From Harriotta raleighana (taxonomy: Eukaryota): DNA of 64,000 bases. The notes below the pieces were generated by a model. It saw only the letters and a program-made list of their open reading frames with translations. It ran no database searches and was not told where the DNA came from. Below are positions 41,580 through 53,945 of the stretch, one piece after another (the stretch's first letter is position 1; each line of letters begins with the position of its first letter). The DNA is taken from contig JBNZDD010013677.1 of NCBI GenBank assembly GCA_050575255.1, positions 1,640,770-1,704,769 on the forward strand. The letters run 5' to 3'. The translations under genes and the position numbers were made by a program.

Positions 41580-42295
41580 TTAAAGGGTCAGTGGCAGCTT
41601 GGATACAGAACTGGCTGGGAGAAGGAAGCAGAGAGTGGTGGTGAATGGTTTTTCTGACTGGAGGGAATCATCCCCCAGGGATCGGTATTGGGACCACTGC
41701 ATTTTTAATTTATATAAATGACCTGGACTTGGTTATAGGGAGTACAATTTCCAAGTTTGCAGATAATACAAAGATAGGAAACGTAGTACACAATGAGGAA
41801 GATAATAGCAGACTCCAAGAGGATGAAGACAGACTGCTACAATGGGCAGATGCATGGCAAATGAATGTGTGTAAAAAAAAGCCAAATGTTGCATTTTGCG
41901 AGGAAGAATTAGGAGAGGTAGTTTTAGCTAGATGATAGAAACATAAAGGGAGTGAGGAACGGAGAGACCTTGGGGTTCATATAAATAAATCTTTGAAGAT
42001 AAAAGCACAGGGAGATAGAGTTGTGATAAAAGCATATGAGATACTAGGCTTTATAAATAGGGGCATATAGAACAAAAGTGAGAAAGTTATAATGAATGTT
42101 TAATAAAACACTGGTTAAGTCTCAGCTGGAGACTGTGTTCAGTTCTGGGCACTTTATGAAGGATGTCAAGGCATTGGAGCAGGTGCGAAGGAGATTTACC
42201 AGGAAATTACCAGGAATGAGGGACTTCAGTTATCAGGAGAGGCTAGAGAGGCTAGAATTATTCTCCCTGGAGCAGAGAAAGTTAAGAGGAGATTT
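41580..42295 (+). mobile_element. CR1 LINE RT fragment, 5' part of a split element
   Basis: FLIYINDLD, SKFADNTKIG and LFSLEQRKLRGD motifs. Confidence 0.85.
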
Positions 42296-43641
42296 CAGAG
42301 CACAGGAACATAAGAATTAGGAGCAGGAGTAGGCCATTTGGCCCTTCAAGCCTGCCCCGCCATTCAATAAGATCATGGCTGATCTTCTGACCTAACTCTA
42401 ATTACCTGCCGTATCCCCATATCCCCTAATCCCTCTATTTTTAAAAAGATCTATCAAAATCAATCTTGAAAATGTTCAAGGACTGAGCATCTACAGTCTT
42501 CTGAGTGAAGAAATGTTTCCTCAACTCTGTTCTAAAAGGCTGACCCTTAATTTTAAGACTGTGACCACTAGTTATAGATTCTCCTACCAGGGAAACCATT
42601 CGCTCAGTGTCTACTTTATCCAGCTCTTTAAGAATCTTATATGTTTCAATAAGATCCCCCTAATTCTTCTGTACTCTAGAGAATACAGCCCTAGTTTATT
42701 CAACCTATCCTCAGTCCCCTCATCCCAAGAACTAACCTAGTGAATCTACGCTGCACCCCCTGTAAGGCAAGTCTGTCCTTTTTTAAATAATGAGACCAAA
42801 ACCGCACACAATACTCCAGGTGCGGTCTCACCAAAGCCCTATACAGATGCAGCAAGACTTTCCTACTCTTATATTCTAAAACTTTTGAAATGAACGCTTG
42901 CATGTTGTTCGCCTTCTTAGTTGTTTCCTGCACCTGCAAACTAACTTTTTGAGACTGATGTACAAGCACACCCAAATCCCTTTGAATACTAACACTATCT
43001 AACCTCTCCCCCTCTAGAAATTTTTTATTTTTTATTTTTGCTACCTAGGTGAATAATTTCACACTTCCCCACATTAAATTCCATCTGCCACCTACTTGCC
43101 CACTCCCCTAGCCTATCTATATCTTCTTACAATCTTTTTGCATCATCCTCAGAGCTCACTCTCCTACCTAGTTTAGTGTCATCCGTGAATTTAGACACGT
43201 TACATTCAATGTCCTCATCCAGATCATTGATGTAAATTGTAAATAGCTGAGGCCCAAGCACTGATCCTTGTGTCACTCCACTAGTTACATCCTGCCAATT
43301 CGAGAATGACCCGTTTATCCCTACTCTCTGTTTTCTACCTGTTAGCCACTCTTCTATCCATGTTAATATGTTCCCATTAGTCCCGTGGGTCTTAATCTTG
43401 AGTAACAGCCTTTTGTGTGGCACTTTATCAAATGCCTTTTTAAAATCTAAATATACCACATCTACTGTTCCTCCCCTGCTGGATACTTCTTCAAAAAACT
43501 CTAAAAGATTATTCAAGCATGACTTGCGTTTTGTAAAGCCATGTTGACTGTCTAATCTTTTTATGGTTTTCCAGGTATCCCATAAAGACATCTTTAATTA
43601 AGGATTTAAGAATTTCCTGTACCACTAACGTCAGACTAACT
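42296..43641 (-). mobile_element. CR1 LINE RT-to-3' fragment, nested in the + strand CR1
   Basis: QHGFTKRKSCL, YLDFKKAFDKVPH, QGSVLGP, FTDD and RPHLEYCVRFW motifs; 3' tail at about 42305. Confidence 0.92.
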
Positions 43642-44012
43642 TAATAGAAGTTTTCAAAATTATCAGGGGATTCGATAGGGTGAACAAGGAGAAACTATTT
43701 CCACTGATGAGTGGATCAGTATCCTAAGCAAACCAATTTAAAATAGTTGTTGAAAGAACAAAGGGGAAATTAGGAGAATTTTTTTCATGCAGTGACTTGT
43801 TTGGATCTGGAATGCATCACCTAAAAGTGTAGTGGAAGCCAATTTGAAAACAACTTTTATTGGAGAAGTAGATAATTATTTGGGTAGGACAGGTTTGCAG
43901 GGCTACAGGGAGAGTGCGGAGGAGTAGGATTGATTTGGATAGCTGGTTTCAAAGAGCCAGTACAGACACGATGGGCTAAATGGTCTCCTTCTGTGCTGTA
44001 TAATTCTATGAC
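43642..44012 (+). mobile_element. CR1 LINE 3' end, continuation of 41580-42295
   Basis: Resumes at taatagaagttttcaaaatt (LIEVFKI) and ends at aattctatga. Confidence 0.8.
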
Positions 44013-44815
44013 TATTCTCTCAACCTCATATTTCCTTCGGATCCCATTTCCAGCTCGAAGGCACATTCCTGATTGTCCAGCATCTTGGGACTTCCTACTA
44101 ATTTGGATGGTTATTTGGGGAGGATGGGTTTGCGGGGGTTCTGGGGAGAGAGCTGAGGAGTGAGATTGACTTTGAATAGCTCTTTTCAAAGAGCCGGCAC
44201 AGACTCGATGGGCCGAATAGCCTCCTTTTGTGTAAAACGTTCTAGGATTCTCTGATTGAAAGGTGCTGGATAAAGATAAATTTGTTGTTGTTATTGTTTG
44301 TCAATGATTTAGGGTTCAGCCCAGCTCGTGTATGTATGTGTGGGGCTGGGGGAATACACTGCTGCTCTTAATGGAGAGGTGGAGATAAGACTCCAAGTGT
44401 GTGTTCCTCCATAGATAAAGAAGATTCATGGTATGACATCTCCATGTTCCCACATCACTATCTTTCATAGATTCATGGAACATGCAGCTCAGAAACAGAC
44501 CATTTGGCTCAACAAGTCGGACCCGTGTTTATACTCCACATGAATACCCATCCTGGATTCTGTCCCATTTCCCAGCTATTTCCCCATATCCTCAACTTTA
44601 TTCTCCCTCAACTGTATTCGAGATGACTTTGACAAATGGGTGTTTTGTATCAAAGTATAATGAAAGGATTATTATTATTTTTAGAAACTTTGGTCAGATA
44701 TGGTCAGTCTGAGTAATATATTATGTTTATACGTATATATGTATAAACACGTATCTTTCAATGGTTCGTTGGGTGCGAGTCACAGAGGCTTGAGGGACTG
44801 AGTTCAAATGCTGTC

Positions 44816-45711
44816 TTATTTAAGTATTTTAACAATCAGATCCAGAGGATAACATGCTATTTTCTTAAGCTCTCGCCTGAATTTGACCTGAGTCATGGCG
44901 TAAATGCAGGTGTTTGTGCACGAACTGAGGCGCTGGAGCATGAAGCCCGTCTGCTGGGTGATAAATAGCGAGGCCTGGGAGCTAGCAAAACCGCGTGCTT
45001 TTGACACTCGATTGTACAAGAAATATACAATGTAAGTCACCCAAAGCAGGATAAAGCTGCCGGAGATGGCGAAGAGTAAAATGATGGACTTCCTCCTGTT
45101 CTCCATCTCTGGGTCCCTCTCCTGGCTGTTGTGGGCCCGCAGTTTACAGCGGACCCTGTTGGCCAACACAATGTGCCTGACAGTGAGCGCATTGAGTAGA
45201 AGAATCAGAACGAATGGGATGCAGGGGGTGAGGATGGCATGGAGCCAGGCGAATGTCACCCACCCAGGCGAGGTGTAAAAACTGGGCTTCTTCTTGCAAA
45301 ACCACGGTAAGTTACCGACAACGTACTGAGGTTGGTGCCTGAAGTACAACGGGATGTTTTTCAGAGAGAAGAACGCAGAGACGGCTGCTATCACTGCGTT
45401 CCCCGTCCGCTCGGTGCAGTATCTGGTCTTCAAGTTAAGGCAACAGATGGCCACAAAGCGATCGAAGGTGAAAGCGACGGTGAGCCAGACCGAGGTATCC
45501 CTGGCCGCAAACAGGAACACGATCCTGAGAGAACAGACCGGAGTCAGGTCCAGGTAAGTGCCCACAAAATACAGAGCGGGGATCTGGTAAAGGATCACAT
45601 CGGTGAGCACCACCAGAAGGTCCGCCGTTGCCATGGAGACCAGGTAGCGGGTGATACACCGAGAGAGGCCGCACTGTCCCTGGCAAAGGATCACCAGCGC
45701 TACCACGTTCA
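44816..45711 (-). CDS. GPR139/GPR142-like class A orphan GPCR, exon 2 (rest of TM1 to stop)
   Basis: Intact ORF with LVSMATADLLV (TM2), FTFDRFVAIC (TM3), ENRRKSIILLFAISGSFILLW (TM6) and SSCTNTCIY (TM7). Acceptor tctctctgttacag|TG AAC on -. Confidence 0.9.
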
Positions 45712-46398
45712 CTGTAACAGAGAGAGACACACACAGTGACTAACCCACAGCATCCAGTTTCTGACAAACCTTCAAAGACTCCACGGAGGATTTTGACCAT
45801 CCCGTGGCAGACTTGATGTGACAATTAACACAGTAACAGGCCATTCACTCCATCATCTACAACAACTTTATTGAGATGTCTGAAAGTACTTCCCAGGAGG
45901 TTCTTCACACAGGGCAGCGTTACTAACCTATATCTAACCTATGCCTTATAATAATACTGTAATAATAATAAGCATTGTTTTTTGATACAGGTTCTTTAAC
46001 ATCAGAATGATGTCAAGTATAATTTAGTTGTTGTTGTGGTAAAAGCATATCACAGAATATACTGTAAGGTGTAAAGAAAGTAGGTGAACTGTAATGTTTC
46101 CAAATTAAGACTGAGCGGCGGGGACACGGGCCTGAGCGGATGCCGGGTGTGTGCGGTGGAGCAGGAGGAGGAGGGCCGGGAGAGCACCCAGCCTCCCAGT
46201 GAGGAGGAGGTGGATCAGCAGATGCATCCGCTGGGATCGACCGCATCGATGCCCTGGTTCCCGCCTTTTTGAAGGTGGTTCAGGCGGGCGGCGAGGACAG
46301 AGAGCTGGACTGTTGTTAATTGTTGTTGTTGTTTCTTCTGTTGTTGTTTTTGCTTATTATTGTTGATGATGTTTGTTGTTGTTGTTTGCCCCCCCCCT

Positions 46399-46878
46399 NN
46401 NNNNNNNNNNNNNNNNNNNNNNNNNNNNNNNNNNNNNNNNNNNNNNNNNNNNNNNNNNNNNNNNNNNNNNNNNNNNNNNNNNNNNNNNNNNNNNNNNNNN
46501 NNNNNNNNNNNNNNNNNNNNNNNNNNNNNNNNNNNNNNNNNNNNNNNNNNNNNNNNNNNNNNNNNNNNNNNNNNNNNNNNNNNNNNNNNNNNNNNNNNNN
46601 NNNNNNNNNNNNNNNNNNNNNNNNNNNNNNNNNNNNNNNNNNNNNNNNNNNNNNNNNNNNNNNNNNNNNNNNNNNNNNNNNNNNNNNNNNNNNNNNNNNN
46701 NNNNNNNNNNNNNNNNNNNNNNNNNNNNNNNNNNNNNNNNNNNNNNNNNNNNNNNNNNNNNNNNNNNNNNNNNNNNNNNNNNNNNNNNNNNNNNNNNNNN
46801 NNNNNNNNNNNNNNNNNNNNNNNNNNNNNNNNNNNNNNNNNNNNNNNNNNNNNNNNNNNNNNNNNNNNNNNNNNNNNN
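46399..46878. other. Assembly gap (N run)
   Basis: Run of Ns. Confidence 0.99.
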
Positions 46879-47105
46879 CCCTCTTTCCCCCTTTCATCCC
46901 TGGCCCTCTCGCTTCCATGACTGTTTGTGGGGACACTGCTGTGCGCAATTTGGCTGCCGCGTTTCGCCCACAAATATACAGTCAGTATTTTCCTGCTTTT
47001 CTTCCCCCGACCCCTCCCCCCACTTGACTGTACAGCGCCTTGGGACGTCCTCCTGACGTGAAAGGCGCTATATGAATATAATAAATAAATAAATAAATAA
47101 ATAAA
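46879..47105 (+). mobile_element. SINE/L2-tail composite with (AAAT)n tail
   Basis: SINE core, then gggacgtcctcctgacgtgaaaggcgctatat and (AAAT)n. Confidence 0.7.
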
Positions 47106-48239
47106 TTCAACAATATTCAAAACAACTTTTTTTGCATTTGCAATGGTGATCAGAAAGAACCCAAAATGAGAAGCAAAATAAAGCTAATGAGAAAACCAGG
47201 ATTAGAACTGACTTTTCCCATAAAGCCATGGCAGAATGTCAATGATATATTCAGGATTATATCTCCCCTACTTGGGAAACTTATCAAACAGAATAAAAGA
47301 TTGTTAATAATAAAAATGCTTGTATTTTATGTATCTCCTTATCACATTGTTACTATGTGTCCAAATATTTCACAGGTGTACAATCAAGTATTACGACTGT
47401 GAATTTTGTAGGCAAATACAGCCGCCAAATTGTGCACAACAACATTCCCCAATCAGTCATGAAGTGAGTGTCTAATTTATTCATGACCGTGTTTTGACCG
47501 TAGAACCTTAGATCATTGGCCCATTGCGTCAAGAGCAAACTTTCAATCCAATTTACCTGCCCTTTCCCCAATACTCCTGGCATATTCATCTCCGGTGGAA
47601 TGTGGCTCATAGCTGCTGCAATATTGAATTTATCATTTGTTCCTGAGCCGCAGATTTTAGTGTCACAGATATCCTGTTCTGATAGTGTTTGGCGTTTGAG
47701 TGCACAAGACAGTGCAACTGAGGCTGGAGCCGGGCTTTGTACAAATCTCATTTTGACAGCAACACCAGGTCAGGGGGAAATGATCCTTCGTACAGTGTCC
47801 TGACATTGCGTTTTGTAGGGCAATAGATCAATGAAACAAATGCAGAAAATTCTAATCAATCTGAGTCCCATCAGTGCCTTGGGACGTCCTCCCGACCTGA
47901 AAGGCGCTCTATAAATGTAATTTTGTTGTTGTCGTCTGGTGAACATATGCCATGTGTCCACCCAGCTGTTGTGAACTCAGTTACTCTCCTTGTGTCTCTA
48001 TTCCTTCTCTCATGTTACAACATGCATTTTTTGTTGTGCTACATATCATGTACAATTCTGAAATTCTAACCCCACTCCAAGTATCTCAATTACATTTGGT
48101 TGGTGTGATATTTGCCCTGCTGATTACCCATGCTTATGCGGGATAAGGTAATTAGTATGGGTTAACCTGGTTGTATCTGATACCAAAACTCACACCCAGT
48201 GTGTGGGTTACCCACATTGCGCATTATAATAATATAATA

Positions 48240-48604
48240 ATGATGATAATAATAATCCTTGCATTTGATATAACAATCTTTCACATTGTTGACACGTCTC
48301 AAAGCACTTCACAGAATAAATATACAGTACTGTAAAGTAAATTGACTGTATATTTTGTTGGTAGAAACCCAGCAGTCAATTGCACTAAGCAGTGTTTCAC
48401 AAAAAGTTTGGGATTGAGTGAGCAAATTATTATTATTTTTTGAAGGGATTATTACCTCCAGAAAGCAATCCACCAATCGACTAACAACCGGATTCCTACT
48501 TACTGCAAGGTAAGGAAATTCGCCTAAAATTTTGCCCTTCCCATGAATCAAATCTTGATCCTACCACTTCCAAGGCAAAATGCTCTAACCACTGAGCTAC
48601 AGTT
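48240..48604 (-). mobile_element. Near full-length tRNA-derived SINE in the GPCR intron
   Basis: On -: ctgtagctcagtggttagagca head, core and (ATT)n tail. Confidence 0.8.
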
Positions 48605-49429
48605 CTCCTTTTCCCACTAAATTCCAGGACCCCGGAAGAAAACTCCCTTCTCTTTTCGAATTGTGCCATGGAATATTAAACATCTCTTGGACAGTTTTAT
48701 CCACGTTTTAGTATAAAGGAAACTGTTATTTGAAATTTCATTCATTGTCTACAATTAGGTTCTTTATACGATATTATCAACTAATTTTCTTATTACGATT
48801 CCCTATAGGAATTGGTAGGTAGTGGGTTAGGGCAGGTGTAATCGGAAAAATCTGAACACAGGCGATGCTACTAACCTCCATACCAGTTAATTATAAAATT
48901 AAACAGGGATATATCAATAAATGTGTTCATTACTGAGTGTGATGAGTGTATGTCATCAAAGTAACCTATTGTTTTTGTGCTGGCCTGGCCCCGGGGAGGC
49001 TTATAATAACCGATTGAAACTCAGCACTTTATGATTCGATGCTCGGCTAAGCTTAAATGCCTCAAAGTTCAATTAAATTAATCGTTCATCGCGTCTTGTC
49101 TGAGCGCTCCCAAGTGCAGTATTACAGCTCTGGCAAGTTCAAAGTAACACTGACACATACAGCCAGTGATGCTGCAATAAGATACAGATACAGTCGAGTC
49201 TGCTGAATGCTATATTGTAAATGATATTATGAATGATAACATTATAGCTACTATCACAATAGAGGAACTTGCTAACACTTCCAGACTGACTTAAGGCATT
49301 TGCAATTTTAACGATAAGAAAAAAATGTAAATTATCCAACAATATATGTAAATTTCACTGTTACAATGTACTGAAGAGCAACATCCTAGCTTAGCATCAC
49401 ACAGGCAGTGTTTAGTTAGCAACACTCAC

Positions 49430-49511
49430 CAGGAACACCCACAGCAGCAAGAACAGGGTAGTAGACAGCTCTCATCCGAATTAAAAAGTTAAAAATTAAA
49501 AGTTGTTCCAT
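49430..49511 (-). CDS. GPR139/GPR142-like GPCR, exon 1 (MEQLLIFNFLIRMRAVYYPVLAAVGVP-)
   Basis: 82 nt ending CCT G|gtgagt. Phase 1 joins exon 2 to give YYPVLAAVGVPVN, the TM1 signature of this group. Spliced CDS is 978 nt, 325 aa. Confidence 0.88.
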
Positions 49512-49640
49512 ATTCTGTGAGAAGCGCTGTCTGTCCTAACGACAGGAACAAGCAGGGCTGAGGAAATGAATGCAATGTTCATGGTAATCCCTTATTTATG
49601 TTGAAGGGAATCCTCCAGTGATATGTCTGATTATGCACTC

Positions 49641-49647
49641 ATTTATA
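49641..49647 (-). promoter_or_regulatory. Candidate TATA box of the GPCR gene
   Basis: TATAAAT on -, about 130 nt upstream of the exon 1 ATG. Confidence 0.35.
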
Positions 49648-52419
49648 TTACTTACAGTCGTCTAAACAAATAAGTTGAGATCACTGCGTTAATACTTTAA
49701 GACACGTGGGTAGAATTTCCACCTGGGTCTAGAATTACTCAATTGATCCAATTATTGAATATAGCAAATTGTTGGAACTCAGTTTCTCTTGTTCTTGAAC
49801 TCTTGCATCTCAATCGCAATGGTTTAGAGAAGCAGATTTTAACAGCAAAAGCCTGTAGTTAATATAATAATAATAATTGTTGCACCTTATCAGATCTCCA
49901 AAACGTCTCAAAGTGCTTCACAAGATATACTATAAAGGGTAGTGACTGTGTAGTGACTGTTTTGTATAAGAGCAATGACTTAAAATTAATGCACAAAGTC
50001 GAAAATGTAGTGTCTATCTGTGGGCACACAGAGTCAGAAGATATCTCAAAATATATTAGTTGTTAAGATGAGTGATTGTTGAGATCAGTCCTCATCGTTA
50101 GTTAGAGGTTTGTTTCAATTTGATATTATAGCTGTTGAAGCAAATTATCAACTTAAATCCATTGCACTTTAAAGGTGTGAAATTCAAAGAAGTGATTCTG
50201 AATGTAATAATAATAATCCTTGCATCTGATGTAGCGCTTTTCATGTCTTCTAGCCATCTCAAAGCGCTTCACAGAATATACTGTAAAGTGAGTTGACTGG
50301 ATATTTGTGAGGGAAACTCAGCAGCCAATTGCGCACATCCTTAAGATCTATTTATCTTTCTTTACAGAATTCCAATAACAGCCACAACTTCACAAGCTTT
50401 AGGAACTCTTTGAATCATTCTAACATGTTTAACACTTCTAGTGATAGTGTTTGTGTTCTGGGGGTATCTGCTAGGACAGCTTCCTTTTGCAATGTACATT
50501 CATGTCTTGAAACTGTCCATGTTTGCTAATGATCGCAATTTGGTGAATTTGGTGAGAATACTTGTACTGTATAAGACATCACAAGAGCATAAATGCAATA
50601 AGAATGGTTGGATAAGTGATAGATGTGGTTTAATACTGGTAAATGTGAAGTATTATATTATAAGGGTTAAAATTGGGAAATGGAATTAAGCCTGAATGAT
50701 AAAACGGTTAATGGACTGGAGCAACAGAGATATGAATACATCAATCACTAAACGTTGGAGGGCATGGGAAGTACAAAAACTATCAAGAAGACAAATAGAG
50801 GTACTGGAATAAAATAATAATAATAATACTAGTATTTGACATGGCGTCTAAAACATTGCATGATTCAAAATGCTTCACATAAAATTGCTGTGAAGGATAA
50901 CAATTGCATGTGTTGACAAATCCAGTATTTCTTGTCAAATTACATACAACAAGGTCTCACCAACAACAAGGAAATACACGAGCAATTTTATTTGGGGAAT
51001 TATTGTCCAGGACACCAAGTGTGATCCTTTCTCTTTTTGGATAATGCCATAGAATTCTTAATGTTCACCTGAAGTTGCAGACAAGGACAACAACCGATAA
51101 TTTACATTTGCATAGCGCCTTTCATGTCAGGAGTGCATCCCAAGGTGCTAGATAGTCAGAGATTCCTCACTTGAGCTGGTGATTAGTATCAGGAGAGGTG
51201 GAGTGCAAGGAGGGGAGGAGATAGGAGGATGACAGGAGGCACAGAAAATTTAACATCTCTTCCGAAGGATGGCACCTCCAACAATGCAGTGTACACCAAA
51301 TGCCATCCCACAGTCCCTTTGCCTCACTTCCTGCCTTGCCTCCTTCAAGGCCGGTCTCAAGACTCTTCTCTTCGACCGTGCCTTATGCTACCCTCCCAAC
51401 TCTCTCCCTCCCCTCCTAACTCTCTCCCGCCACTCCCCCTCACCCTGCCCCTCTCCCTTGCTCGGGTCCTGACTTCACTGTTCAGCACCTTGGGACGTCC
51501 TCCCAACGTGAAAGGCACTCTGAAAATATAATTTTCTTTGTGGTATATTGGAGTGTCAGCCCAGACTGTGAATTCAAGGTGAAAACGTCAGGTTTGAACG
51601 CATAACCTTCAGACTCAAGAGCAAGAGAGCCACCAGTTAAGCCACCTTAACACCAATGGACACGATTATGGACAATATTGTGGGTGAAAGCACGACAGAG
51701 GCTCACCTCTCAGATTACTATCCAAATTCATATTTTATTGAAGCATTTGTATCTTGACCTTTAAATTTATTAGTTGATCAATGCTGTACCAATGGTTGGC
51801 TGTAGTTGCCAATCACCTTGGGGTTACAGATAGAAAGCTACAAACCTCAGGGATGACTCACTCACAGTAGACTGCTTAGATAATTGCTAATTCTAACGTG
51901 GTACAACATCCAAGATAGATTGTGATTATGAAATTGTTGGGTGTGTTCCCCACAACTTATTTTTGAGGCATTCCTTATTCCCGATACTGGGGAGGGGGTG
52001 TGAGGGGACGGTATATGAGGGGGAGGTACAGGTTCTCAGTGGCCTGCAGTGTGCGACAGTGGCAGAACCGGGAGATGTTGAGGAGGTGAGAGAATGAGCT
52101 CCAGGATTCTAGAAATCTGTGGTGTCATCCCAGTGATCTTCTCTGCAGATTAATGTATCTCATTGACATCCTTCCTATAGTAAGGTATCCAGAACTGGGT
52201 ACAGTAATAATTCTAGTGTTGTCTAACTAATGATTTATACAGGTTCAGATAGACTGCTCTGTTCTTATTCAATGCTCCTATTAATAAAACCATAGATTTA
52301 TTTTGCCTTGTATACAACTTTATCAACTTGTCCTCCCACCTTCAATGTTTTGTACATTTTTTTTATTTTTTAAATTTATATATTATATTTACATTCACTT
52401 TAAGTCTCTTTACTTTTCT

Positions 52420-53397
52420 AATTCCTGCCTTCTGGGGTAATGAATTTCATAAATACCCATAAATTCACTACCCCAGTGAATTTCATAAAGTCACTACCCT
52501 CTGAATGAAGAAATGATTCCTCAACTCTGTTCTAAAAGGCTGACCCTTAATTTTAAGACTGTGGTTATAGATTCTCCTACAGGGGAAACAGTCCCTCAGT
52601 GTCTACTTTATCCAGCCCTTTAAGAATCTTATATGTTTCAATAAGATCCCCCCTAATTCTTCTGTACTCTAGAGAATACAGCCCAAGTTTATTCAATCTA
52701 TCTTCATAGGTCAGTCCCCTTATCCCAGGAACTAACCTAGTGAATCTACGCTGTACCCCCTCTAAGGCAAATATGTCCTTTTTTAAATAAGGAGACCAAA
52801 ACTACACACAATACTCTAGGTGGGGTCTCACCAAAGCCCTATACAGTTGCAGCAAGACTTTCCTACTCTTGTACTCTAAACCTTTTAAAATGAACACTAG
52901 CATGCTGTTCGCCTTCTTAGTTGCTTGCTGCACCTGCAAATTAACTTTTTGAGACTGGTGTACAAGGACACCCAAATCCCTTTGAATACTAACACTATCT
53001 AACCTCTCCCACTCTAGAAAAAAAATATTTTTAATTTTTGCTACCTAGGTGAATAATTTCACATTTCCGCACCTTAAATTCCATCTCCCACCTATTTGCC
53101 CACTCCCCTAGCCTATCTATATCTTTTGCAATCTTTTTGCATCATACTCAGAGCTCACTCTCCTACCTAGTTTAGTGTCATCCGCAAATTTAGACACATT
53201 ATTCAATGTCCTCGTCTAGATCATTGATGTAAATTGTAAATAGCTGAGGCCCAAGCACTGATCCTTGTGTCACTCCACTAGTTACATCCTGCCAATTCGA
53301 GAATGACCCGTTTATCCCTACTCTCTGTTTTCTACCCATTAGCCACTCTTCTATCCATGTTAATATGTTCCCATTAGTCCCGTGGGTCTTAATCTTG
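52420..53397 (-). mobile_element. CR1 LINE RT fragment, close relative of 42296-43641
   Basis: [64 protein letters not shown] is near-identical to the other copy. Confidence 0.9.
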
Positions 53398-53399
53398 GA

Positions 53400-53945
53400 A
53401 TGTGGAAATGACTCATGAAGGCGGGTGATGTCACCAAAAAGGGGGCATATAGATGTAGTATTGGAAAGGAGGGGACCAAGCACAGAGCCCTGAGGAACTC
53501 CACACAAGATAGTTGGGGGCTAGAGATGAAGATGTTTGTAGAGATGAAGTGAACATGGTGTGAGAGGGCGGAACCATGATGGTTGAGGTGAATGGAGAGG
53601 CGATGGAGAAAGATAGAGTGGTCAATAGTATCAAAGCTAGCAGGAGAGGAAGGAGTGAAGCTAGGAAGCAACAACTCTTTCTAGGACCTTGGAAAGCAAA
53701 GGAATGTTGGAAATAGGGGCAATGATTTGAGAGCAGGGATGGGAAGCTTTTTGGGGGTTAGGAGTGTTTTTAGAGGGGTGGAAACTGTGCCAGTGGAGAG
53801 GGAGAAATTTATGTGATGTCTGTGATTAGTGGGGACAAGGAAGCTCAGAAGAGATGTAGGGATGGGATCGATGGAGCAGGTGGTCGTTTTGATGTGATGA
53901 GAGAGGAGGGGGAGATAGGTTTGAAGAAGGAGTGGAGGGAGGAAA
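53400..53945 (-). mobile_element. Decayed L2 LINE RT fragment
   Basis: SFDTIDHSIFLHRL and [13 protein letters not shown] motifs. Confidence 0.7.

Noticed and set aside
45712-45730. ORF-track start MSLSVT for the GPCR
   Set aside because: Intronic polypyrimidine tract; the real N-terminus comes from exon 49430-49511.
46110-46398. GC-rich patch in the GPCR intron
   Set aside because: Adjacent to a gap with no recognisable product; may be a low-quality contig end or a repeat fragment.
51481-51501. RE1/NRSE-like TTCAGCACC (also at about 28919)
   Set aside because: Part of the L2 tail; the right half-site GGACAG is absent at canonical spacing.
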